From an uncultured Pseudomonadales bacterium (GTDB lineage: Bacteria; Patescibacteriota; Microgenomatia; UBA1400; PJMF01): DNA of 35,746 nucleotides. Positions 1-7,659 of this stretch are shown in pieces. Below the pieces are notes generated by a model. It was not told where the DNA came from, did not search any database, and saw only the letters and a list, made by a program, of their open reading frames with translations. Location of the stretch: the NCBI GenBank assembly GCA_964652415.1, contig CAZZDG010000003.1, positions 1-35,746 on the forward strand, written 5' to 3'. The position numbers and the translations under genes are program-made. Each line of letters starts with the position of its first letter. Position 1 is the stretch's first letter.

Positions 1-264
1 ATTATTGGAAAAACACTCCCACAAGTTACTTCAACTCTACTAACGCTTTCTTTAGTTTCTATGGTAGTTGTCATTGTAATTGATGCAATAAATCGCCCCG
101 CACGACCAAATAAAAGAAATCCATTTTCATACATTATGCAACCACTCGAATTTTTAATGCTCCCACTGATTGGGTTTTTCTTCTCAGCACTACCAGGAAT
201 TGACGCACATACAAGATTGATGCTGGGAAAATATATTGAGTATAAGGTCACTGAAAAAGTTTAA
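1..264 (+). CDS. 3' end of an integral-membrane glycosyltransferase (probably family 2); the 5' end lies outside the window
   Basis: Frame 1 is open from base 1 (IIGKTLPQVTSTLLTLSLVS precedes the first Met at 61) to TAA at 262-264. The hydrophobic tail FLMLPLIGFFFSALPGIDAHTRLMLGKYIEYKVTEK resembles C-termini of membrane GT2 enzymes. It heads a glycosyltransferase cluster. The family call rests on recall and context only. Confidence 0.4.
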   Translation: MIGKTLPQVTSTLLTLSLVSMVVVIVIDAINRPARPNKRNPFSYIMQPLEFLMLPLIGFFFSALPGIDAHTRLMLGKYIEYKVTEKV

Positions 265-285
265 TTTTTAAGGTATACTTAAAAG

Positions 286-1920
286 GTGAAAACAATAACA
301 TCACTGTTTAAAAAAATAACTATATTTGACAGAGTATTAGATACACAAACTCCTCTTTTTCTATTACTTGTTTTAGTAGTATTTCTCCGAATCCCTAATT
401 TATTCGAACCATATTGGTATGGTGACGAAGGCATTTACTTAACCATTGGTCAAAGTTTAAACAAAGGTGCAAAACTTTATACAGAAATAATCGATCATAA
501 AACCCCACTCATTTATTACTTGGCTAGAGTACAAACTCAAATGAACTTTAGGTTACTAAATATTGCTTGGATGCTTGTCACAACAACAGCTTTTTATTAC
601 TTCGCAAAAAAACTACTAAAATCTGTTAAACTTACTACATTGGCGGGGTTGATTTTTGTATTACTCACAACTTTGCCTTGGCTAGAAGGCAATATTCCCA
701 ATGGCGAACTTTTTGTTTTAGGATTTGTGTTGGTCGGTTTTTTAATTCTTTCTAGCACCACATACTTCAAAGGTTTTCTCAACCAAAAGCCACAATCAAA
801 AAAAAACCTGTTCCCACTTTTTTTATGTGGTTTTTTTGTAGGACTTGGAATTCTTACAAAAGTACCTTCAATTCTTGATTTAGGTGTCGCATTTAGTATT
901 GCTTACTTTAGTTGGATAAACCTTTTCACCTTCAATGATTGGAAACATAATTTTAAACAACTTTTTATACTTATTCCTCAGGTTATAAGCATACTCGTAG
1001 GTGCACTCACACCAATTCTCGTTTCTATTCTTTATTTTATAAGCATTGGTTCTGGAAAAGACTACCTAGACTTTGGACTACTCTATAATTTTAGATATGC
1101 GGGGAGTTGGGGCTTACCATTTACTCATCCATTTTTAGTTCAAAGTTTTACACTTCCAGGAAAAGCTTTCTATCTAATTGCGCTTTTGTTACTCATTACC
1201 TTACTAAGAAAATACCTCAAACCCGCATTACAATTTATTTTGTTTTGGTTTGCGGCTGATCTCTTTGCATCTCTACTTTCAAATAGACCATACCCTCACT
1301 ACTTCGTGCAACTAGTTCCTCCATTGGCTCTACTCATTGCCATTGGATGGCAGTATTTTATTGATTTATCTGGAGTTGAAAAATTACAATCACTACGCTT
1401 AAATTTACCGGAAACTTTGAAAAAAGTTATTCCACTTTCACTTTCTGCACTTGTCATTTTTCTCTTTGTTGCCGTTATGACCTTATTAGAGTTTAGGCCC
1501 TACCAAACTTTTTCATACTATAAAAATTGGTTTGCACTTGCTACCGGAAAAATCAGTAAAGAGGAGTATCGACAAACTTTCGACTCACTCATGCGAGATA
1601 ACTACAAAGCAGCACCAATAATTAAAGCAACAGGTTCTCCCGATCTTTTTATTTGGGGAACAAACCCAGTACTTTATGCACTAACAGAAACTCAACCAAC
1701 AGGAAGATTTACAGTTTCATTCCATATAAAAGATTTTGATGCATATGGTGAAACAATTCGTGATGTTGTAAAAAAACAACCAACATTTATAGTAGTAATG
1801 AAAAATGAAGATTATATTTTTGCTGAATTAAATAGTTACTTAGTTAACAACTATGTTCCAGATAACAGTAAATTTAATAATTTTGTGCTCTGGAAAAGAA
1901 TGAATGCAAACAATAATTAG
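286..1920 (+). CDS. GT-C fold, polyprenyl-phosphate-sugar dependent glycosyltransferase (ArnT/PMT_2-like)
   Basis: 544-aa ORF with a GTG start 21 nt after the previous stop. It is polytopic, with many hydrophobic segments. The first-loop motif EPYWYGDEGIYLTIGQSL carries acidic residues typical of GT-C enzymes. The C-terminal ~120 aa are soluble. Confidence 0.7.
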   Translation: MKTITSLFKKITIFDRVLDTQTPLFLLLVLVVFLRIPNLFEPYWYGDEGIYLTIGQSLNKGAKLYTEIIDHKTPLIYYLARVQTQMNFRLLNIAWMLVTTTAFYYFAKKLLKSVKLTTLAGLIFVLLTTLPWLEGNIPNGELFVLGFVLVGFLILSSTTYFKGFLNQKPQSKKNLFPLFLCGFFVGLGILTKVPSILDLGVAFSIAYFSWINLFTFNDWKHNFKQLFILIPQVISILVGALTPILVSILYFISIGSGKDYLDFGLLYNFRYAGSWGLPFTHPFLVQSFTLPGKAFYLIALLLLITLLRKYLKPALQFILFWFAADLFASLLSNRPYPHYFVQLVPPLALLIAIGWQYFIDLSGVEKLQSLRLNLPETLKKVIPLSLSALVIFLFVAVMTLLEFRPYQTFSYYKNWFALATGKISKEEYRQTFDSLMRDNYKAAPIIKATGSPDLFIWGTNPVLYALTETQPTGRFTVSFHIKDFDAYGETIRDVVKKQPTFIVVMKNEDYIFAELNSYLVNNYVPDNSKFNNFVLWKRMNANNN

Positions 1921-2272
1921 TACGCAAAAAGAACAAAATACAATTATTCCAAAAGAAATTCAAACTCCTATAACAGTTTCTTGGATTTTATTTTTTTTGT
2001 CTTTAGTTACTACAATTATTTTTTATTTTTTAGCACAACCAGAATTACCTCTCTTCTATACAGTTGCTACCAAACAAGATCAGCTCGCACCAAAATTACT
2101 TTTGTTCATTTTTCCAACAGTCTCTTTATTTATAAATGTTCTCCATTTTTTTATTTTTAGAATTCTACAAAAATACTCTGCAATCTTATTAAAACTTTTT
2201 GTGGGCACAACCATTGGATTACAAATATTGCTTGGTTTCGCACTATTTAGAATTATATTAATTACAACATAA
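1904..2272 (+). CDS. small integral membrane protein, unknown function (3 predicted TM segments)
   Basis: 122-aa ORF whose ATG overlaps the preceding gene by 17 nt and which ends 3 nt before the next gene. Hydrophobic segments: WILFFLSLVTTIIFYFLA, LLLFIFPTVSLFINVLHFFIF, GTTIGLQILLGFALFRIILI. Coding status is supported by operon packing only. Confidence 0.5.
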   Translation: MQTIISTQKEQNTIIPKEIQTPITVSWILFFLSLVTTIIFYFLAQPELPLFYTVATKQDQLAPKLLLFIFPTVSLFINVLHFFIFRILQKYSAILLKLFVGTTIGLQILLGFALFRIILITT

Positions 2273-2275
2273 ATT

Positions 2276-3328
2276 ATGCTAGCATTTATACTTACTTTTT
2301 TTGCAGCATCCCTCATCGCACCAGTTGTTATTACTTTTTATAAAAAAAATGGCTGGGTCGATGACCCTACAACCACAAAACATGCTAAAAAAACTCATGC
2401 GAAAAGTGTTCCTCGTGGCGGTGGACTCGTCATCTTTTTAAGTATAGTGTTAGGCGCACTCTTTTTCTTACATTTTGACAAACATTTAATTGCAATATTG
2501 TCAGGAGCATTAGTGCTCACAATAGTTGGAGTTCTTGATGATATATTTGATATTCACCCAATTGTAAGATTAGGCACCGGTTTACTAGCAACCTTAATTG
2601 TAGTTGGTTCTGGAATTGGAATTGCCTATGTAACTAATCCATTCGGACCTGGAGTTATTCATCTCAATCAACCGCAACTAGCATTTACTCTCCTTGGAGA
2701 ACAACACACTGTTTGGATTTTAGCAGATATTTTTGCAGTGCTTTTTATTATGTGGAATATGAATATTGTGAATTGGTCAAAAGGTGTCGATGGTCAGATG
2801 CCGGGGTTTGTAAGCATTGCTCTCATTTTTGTAGGACTACTTTCTACTAAGTTTATTGATGACCCCACAACATTTAATACTTTATTACTTTCATTTATTA
2901 CTGCAGGGTCGTTCGCAGGCCTGTTAATATGGAACTGGTACCCACAAAGAATTATGCCTGGATATGGTGCAGGCTCTCTAGCTGGATATTTTCTAGCCGT
3001 TCTAGCCATAATTTCTGGAGCGAAAGTTGCAACTGTCTTAATGGTATTGGGAATTCCAACTGCTGACGCAGTTTTTACAATCCTGAGAAGACTTCGAGCA
3101 GGTAAATCACCGTTATGGGGAGACAGAGGTCATTTGCACCACAAATTATTGGATGTTCTCGGTTGGGGAAGACGCAGAATAGCAGTTTTCTATTGGGGCA
3201 CAAGCTTTTTGTTGGGGTTGTCATCATTGTATTTGAATACCACTGGAAAATTGATTACAATGGGGATAGTATTTGGGTTAGTATTTAGCTTCCTTATATG
3301 GGCAAAAATACACACAACAAAAAAATAA
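2276..3328 (+). CDS. polyprenyl-phosphate N-acetylhexosamine-1-phosphate transferase (MraY/WecA/TagO superfamily, WecA/TagO-like)
   Basis: 350-aa polytopic protein. Motifs: VGVLDDIFDI (DDxxD), NMNIVNWSKGVDGQ (NxxNxxDGxDG-like) and GDRGHLHHKLLDVLGW, which is WecA/TagO-style rather than the MraY HHHFE motif. Confidence 0.8.
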   Translation: MLAFILTFFAASLIAPVVITFYKKNGWVDDPTTTKHAKKTHAKSVPRGGGLVIFLSIVLGALFFLHFDKHLIAILSGALVLTIVGVLDDIFDIHPIVRLGTGLLATLIVVGSGIGIAYVTNPFGPGVIHLNQPQLAFTLLGEQHTVWILADIFAVLFIMWNMNIVNWSKGVDGQMPGFVSIALIFVGLLSTKFIDDPTTFNTLLLSFITAGSFAGLLIWNWYPQRIMPGYGAGSLAGYFLAVLAIISGAKVATVLMVLGIPTADAVFTILRRLRAGKSPLWGDRGHLHHKLLDVLGWGRRRIAVFYWGTSFLLGLSSLYLNTTGKLITMGIVFGLVFSFLIWAKIHTTKK

Positions 3329-4326
3329 TGAAGTTCACTACATCTACACTCTACTACATCATCAAAACAGCGCGACCAAAGCAATGGATTAAAAACCTTG
3401 CCTTATACGCAGCACTCATTTTTTCTGGTTTTTTCCTGTACAAACCAGCAGATGCACCCTCATACTTTGCAACAGTCTCATATGCTTTCTTTGTATTTTG
3501 TATTCTCACTTCAAGTATTTACTTTATGAATGATATTGTTGATTATGAAGCAGATAAGCAACACCCTTTTAAGAAAAAACGACCAATTGCTTCAGGTCAT
3601 CTTTCAATAAAATATGCAAAATTCGTAGCCGTATTAGGTTTGATTGCCACTGCAGTTTTTTCTTATCAACTTTCCTTATTTTTTCAAATTTTAGCAATCT
3701 GCTACTTAGTTTTACAAATTTTTTACTCGAAGCTATTTAAGAACATCCCTATCCTCGATGTTGTATCAATTGCTACTGGATTCCTCATTAGAATTTATGC
3801 AGGAGCAGTTGTTGTTAATCTGCATATGAGCGTCTGGTTTTTACTTACTGTAATTTCAGCCTCTTTATTTTTGGCTGTAGGAAAACGACAAAGTGAGAGA
3901 ACCTTACTTCTCGGAAAAAGTGGAGCTACCAACGAAGACTTTGAGCTAGCAACCAAAGAAACAATCGGCGCAACTCGTAAAACACTCAAACGATATAGTC
4001 AAAGACTGCTTGATCAATACACTAGTATGTTTGCCAATGCAACTTGGCTAACCTATGCAATTTTTGCATTTCAAAACGAGATTGATGCGCCACGTGCTCG
4101 AGTCGCTTCATTATATACATTTCTGCCTAAAGCGTTACATACACAAAAATTACTCATGATAACCATCCCTCTTGTTATTTTTGGAGTTATGCGATATCTA
4201 CAACTGGTATATGAAAGCAACCAAGGAGAATCTCCAGAAAAAGTCTTACTAAAAGACAAACCGCTTCTACTCACTGTTTTTCTATTTGGAATACTCGTCA
4301 TGGTTATAACATACGTCTTAACATAA
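3328..4326 (+). CDS. UbiA-family prenyl-phosphate phosphoribosyltransferase (decaprenyl-phosphate 5-phosphoribosyltransferase-like, Rv3806c type)
   Basis: Motifs: RPKQWIKN near the N-terminus, NDIVDYEADKQHPFKKKRPIASG (first Asp-rich motif of this clade), and a C-terminal GESPEKVLLKDKPLL. The start is placed at ATG 3328, which overlaps the upstream TAA by 1 nt (TAATG). The track's ATG at 3298 would overlap the upstream gene by 31 nt. Confidence 0.75.
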   Translation: MKFTTSTLYYIIKTARPKQWIKNLALYAALIFSGFFLYKPADAPSYFATVSYAFFVFCILTSSIYFMNDIVDYEADKQHPFKKKRPIASGHLSIKYAKFVAVLGLIATAVFSYQLSLFFQILAICYLVLQIFYSKLFKNIPILDVVSIATGFLIRIYAGAVVVNLHMSVWFLLTVISASLFLAVGKRQSERTLLLGKSGATNEDFELATKETIGATRKTLKRYSQRLLDQYTSMFANATWLTYAIFAFQNEIDAPRARVASLYTFLPKALHTQKLLMITIPLVIFGVMRYLQLVYESNQGESPEKVLLKDKPLLLTVFLFGILVMVITYVLT

Positions 4327-4343
4327 ATAATGAAAAGAGTTCC

Positions 4344-5675
4344 GTGAAAAATTCAGTTTTTGTAAAATACTATCCTCAATTTTTGTTACTCATTCTAGCC
4401 TTTACCTTTTTGACAAGAATGTATCGACTTCATATTCCCGAAGTGTATGTTTTCGATGAGGTCTATCATGCAGTCACTGCCAAACTCATGGTAGATGGTG
4501 ATACCAGAGCCTATGAGTGGAATAATCCTCCTCCAGAACCAAACACTGCAGTTGACTGGCTACATCCTCCATATGCAAAACTAACACAGGCAGCAAGTAT
4601 GGCAATTTTTGGGAAGAATTCATTTGGCTGGCGATTTAGCTCAGTCATTTTTGGGTGTTTGGTTGTGTTGGTAACAGCAAAAATTGCTGAAGCATTATTT
4701 AAAAATAAACAACTTGCATTACTTTCCGCATTTTTAATTTCTCTAGATGGTTTACTCTTTACAATGTCACGAATTGCTATGAATGATGTTCACGTTACTT
4801 TTTTTATTTTACTCAGCATGTGGCAGTACATTTTGTATGTAAACTCAAAGCGAAAAATAAAAAAATACTTGTTTTTGAGTAGTATCGCAGCAGGGTTTGC
4901 AATTGGAACAAAGTGGTCTGGTGTTTTTGCCATTGGATTTATCGGAATCGTCGAAACTATATATACAGTAAAAACTTTCTTTGGAAAAAGTAGCCTTACT
5001 TTTTTGATTCATCAAATTGGAATATTGCTTGTAACGTGTTTACTCATACCAGCACTTCTATACTTAGGCTCATATTCACAAATGTTCTTAATGGGAAAAG
5101 ACTTTAATCACTTAGTAGAAATGCATAAGAATACATGGTGGTATCAAACTAACTTAACTGCAACCCATCCTGCTCAATCAAAACCAATTCAATGGTTCCT
5201 GAATACAAAACCAGTTTGGATTTCTGTTGATTATGCTTCAAGGGGGTTACGTGGCGATATCTATGCAATTGGAAATCCAGTATTATTTTGGCTGGGTGAT
5301 ATTGCACTTTTTGCCAGCTTAACAGTCTTAATCTTAAACAAACTCAAAAAAAAGAAACATCAACTCTCAAAAGATGCAACCACACTCGGATTGCTTTTGT
5401 TTGCTTATTCAATTGTTTGGATGCCTTGGCAGTTATCACCAAGAATTATGTTCTTTTATCACTATTTGCCTGCTGTTCCATTGCTGAGCATTACCCTTGC
5501 TTACTGGTTGATAAAAATTTGGAATACTCAAAAATTCAAGCTCTTGTCATTCTTGGCAATCGCACTTATTTTTGCATGCTTTGTAGTTTTGTACCCGCAT
5601 TTAACACTAATAAAATTGCCTATTGAAGTTAAAGAAAATTTCTATTTTTTCTTTGATTTTTGGAGACAAAAATAG
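4344..5675 (+). CDS. PMT-family (GT39) phospholipid-carrier-dependent glycosyltransferase
   Basis: 443-aa polytopic ORF with a GTG start. It carries the VFDEVYHAVTA motif (the DE motif of protein O-mannosyltransferase-like GT-C enzymes), then the loop AVDWLHPPYAKL and a C-terminal 4-TM region. Confidence 0.8.
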   Translation: MKNSVFVKYYPQFLLLILAFTFLTRMYRLHIPEVYVFDEVYHAVTAKLMVDGDTRAYEWNNPPPEPNTAVDWLHPPYAKLTQAASMAIFGKNSFGWRFSSVIFGCLVVLVTAKIAEALFKNKQLALLSAFLISLDGLLFTMSRIAMNDVHVTFFILLSMWQYILYVNSKRKIKKYLFLSSIAAGFAIGTKWSGVFAIGFIGIVETIYTVKTFFGKSSLTFLIHQIGILLVTCLLIPALLYLGSYSQMFLMGKDFNHLVEMHKNTWWYQTNLTATHPAQSKPIQWFLNTKPVWISVDYASRGLRGDIYAIGNPVLFWLGDIALFASLTVLILNKLKKKKHQLSKDATTLGLLLFAYSIVWMPWQLSPRIMFFYHYLPAVPLLSITLAYWLIKIWNTQKFKLLSFLAIALIFACFVVLYPHLTLIKLPIEVKENFYFFFDFWRQK

Positions 5676-5862
5676 CTTAGTAGTATACAAAAAAAAGAAC
5701 TTGTAATAGAATCAGTAAAAATACGCATGAAATGCTTACTTTTTACTACATATATGAAATATAGAAACAACAACTACTCATATCAAATTTCTCTCTTTAT
5801 TTTTACAAATAACGGAGAATTTGTTGTGTGATGTTAAATTAATAATATAACAAAAACAGACA

Positions 5863-5890
5863 AGCTCTCCAAAAAAGGAGAGCTTTTTTT
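5863..5890 (+). terminator. candidate rho-independent terminator / SD-sequestering hairpin
   Basis: Stem AGCTCTCC (5863-5870), loop AAAAAA, stem GGAGAGCT (5877-5884), then a T-run to 5890. It lies 190 nt after the PMT stop and ends 3 nt before ATG 5894. Confidence 0.5.
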
Positions 5891-5893
5891 ATT

Positions 5894-6718
5894 ATGAAAA
5901 ATCAAATTGAAACAACACCGATAATATCAATGCATGACATAGAAAATTTTCTTATGTATGTGGTAACTATTGTAAATAGTTATTCACCATCTATACCAAC
6001 TAGTAACGATATTGAAAGTAAAATCAGGGAAAAATTAGAAAATGAAGGTACTATTTTAGATTTTCCAACTGGAAACCATAGATGGATCAAACATGATAAT
6101 CCTGCTTCACCACATCATTATGCAGGAAGCTCTGTTTTATGGGCTGATACTCGCAAAGATAAAAAATCAGATACCTCAATGTCACCATGGGAAGGTGATT
6201 TATCTATAAGTAGAGTTATTAAAGATAAAAATTTTTGTGATGATACAGATACCTATATCGAGACGTCACAACAAACTGATAATAGACTTAGATTCTATCA
6301 TTTTGTTGGGTTTCCAAAAGAAGAAGAAAAATCCATTGTCATCGCTAAAAATATGGCAGATGTGGTTGCGCAATATGGTGCAAAAAGTCAACAAAGATTG
6401 CATATGCATGCGGCCCGAGGCATATATCCTAATGACCCGCTAACTACTACAGAAAGACCACATGAAATATCTTCAGAAAATGTTCTCATTCAACGCATAT
6501 TTGACCTAGGTGTTAAACATTCTTTAGAAAGATTCTCCAAAGAACTCAGTGGATTTGGGACTAGAAGGCAATACATTCAAAGAATTGGTAGTAATGGAGT
6601 TCCTATACAAAGAACCGTGTTTGAGTTTGATACATGGCACGCTGCTCTTGCAGCTACATATGAACTCAAACACTCTATATCACAGCATTGGTTAAAACAT
6701 GCATATACAATTTGCTGA
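5894..6718 (+). CDS. hypothetical soluble protein; no family recognised
   Basis: 274-aa ORF with no TM segment or signal peptide. A GGAG lies 13 nt upstream of the ATG. I can name no motif. It is flanked by 218 nt and 220 nt of unassigned sequence. Confidence 0.55.
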   Translation: MKNQIETTPIISMHDIENFLMYVVTIVNSYSPSIPTSNDIESKIREKLENEGTILDFPTGNHRWIKHDNPASPHHYAGSSVLWADTRKDKKSDTSMSPWEGDLSISRVIKDKNFCDDTDTYIETSQQTDNRLRFYHFVGFPKEEEKSIVIAKNMADVVAQYGAKSQQRLHMHAARGIYPNDPLTTTERPHEISSENVLIQRIFDLGVKHSLERFSKELSGFGTRRQYIQRIGSNGVPIQRTVFEFDTWHAALAATYELKHSISQHWLKHAYTIC

Positions 6719-6938
6719 TCGAATGTACTCTATGCAAAAAGTATTATCCTGCATACCAGTTTTTGCTATAGTCAAACCTTCTATAATGGACCAAAAATAT
6801 ATGAATTGCTCAACAAAATGGATTGTCATACCATTTTCATTGGAAATGCCATCTACTTTGCTTGGAGGAGTAATTTTAAATCGTATAAATGAAAAAAAAT
6901 AATTAGACAATAATGTACAAATTGGAGTTTATCTTTTT

Positions 6939-7646
6939 TTAACTCCAGTAGTCTGGGTATTGCTTCATAAAGTTTTCTCTAGCTGATCCCTTAAGTTTTG
7001 GAATAAACGGCCTAAAATTTACCAATCTGTCTTGGTCTTTCCTGAAGGCTGATAATAATTTGGAAACATAGTGTTGTAAATCTTCAACCATGGATACATT
7101 TTCAATATAAAAATATTTTTTATTAACTCTGCTAGTATCATCTGTGGCAGCCCCAGAGCTTGAAGCGCTAGAACGTGCTGTAAAAGTACCAAGTTTTAGA
7201 AAAGCTTGAATAAATCCTTTATCATAGGAACCAGTATCAACAATCATTTCTAAAGGTAAAGATAAACTGTGCTTATTAAATGGCGTTGTATAAACAATTT
7301 TTTTTAACCTTTTGGTAGTTACAAAAGCAACACTTTTTTTCCATAACGCGCTAACCCACCACCACCCAATTGACATCTCAAGCGCTGCAATCGCTGTAAC
7401 CAATAAATTTACACTTCCTGCTGGAAAACTAGGAATTAAGTTTACAAGGAATCCTGTAATTGTGTACCCAATAACAACCAAAATCAAAGCAATAGCAATC
7501 ACAAACATACGTCTAAAGTGCAACATAATTTTATGTTCACGGGTTACGTATAAAATTTGCTCATCAGTAGCTTGCCCAGGGAATTTATATAAATAGGGGA
7601 ACTCAAAATCTTCTACTTTAAAAATATCAGCTGTTTGTTCACTCAT
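6939..7646 (-). CDS. membrane protein with a TM hairpin followed by a bPH (bacterial PH, YdbS/YdbT-like) type domain
   Basis: 235 aa. Two hydrophobic segments (FVIAIALILVVIGYTITGFLV, LLVTAIAALEMSIGWWWVSAL) are followed by SVAFVTTKRLKKIVY, the pattern of bPH_2 proteins. It is the last gene of the minus-strand operon, 13 nt after the helicase stop. Confidence 0.55.
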   Translation of the reverse strand: MSEQTADIFKVEDFEFPYLYKFPGQATDEQILYVTREHKIMLHFRRMFVIAIALILVVIGYTITGFLVNLIPSFPAGSVNLLVTAIAALEMSIGWWWVSALWKKSVAFVTTKRLKKIVYTTPFNKHSLSLPLEMIVDTGSYDKGFIQAFLKLGTFTARSSASSSGAATDDTSRVNKKYFYIENVSMVEDLQHYVSKLLSAFRKDQDRLVNFRPFIPKLKGSARENFMKQYPDYWS

Positions 7647-7659
7647 TTTGTTGTCCTTT

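Noticed and set aside
798-837. A cluster of homopolymer tracts (A9 at 798-806, T7 at 818-824, T7 at 831-837) in the GT-C gene, considered as a phase-variation switch
   Set aside because: Comparable A8/T8 tracts occur in core genes of this AT-rich sequence, for example T8 at 9133-9140 in the helicase and T8 at 12480-12487 in the DUF2130 gene. The cluster is therefore not distinctive without population data.
3298-3327. An upstream ATG that would extend the UbiA-family gene by 10 codons (MGKNTHNKKI)
   Set aside because: It would overlap the WecA-like gene by 31 nt. The extension is not part of the conserved family N-terminus. ATG 3328 forms a classic TAATG coupling junction.
5727-5831. A 34-codon ORF (MKCLLFTTYMKYRNNNYSYQISLFIFTNNGEFVV) in the spacer before the orphan gene
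   Set aside because: It has no Shine-Dalgarno, its start codon is buried in a hairpin, and its composition is unremarkable. A real small protein cannot be distinguished from chance in AT-rich DNA.
6692-6910. Two mutually antisense ORFs (67 aa on the plus strand, 72 aa on the minus strand with a TTG start) downstream of the orphan gene
   Set aside because: At most one can be real, and neither has an RBS or a recognisable sequence family. They are kept only as part of the finding on this unassigned region, not as features.
6924-6946. The hairpin GGAGTT...AACTCC, which spans the stop codon of the minus-strand operon, considered as a terminator
   Set aside because: It has only 6 bp with an 11-nt loop, and neither strand has a proper downstream U-tract. 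It is too weak to call.
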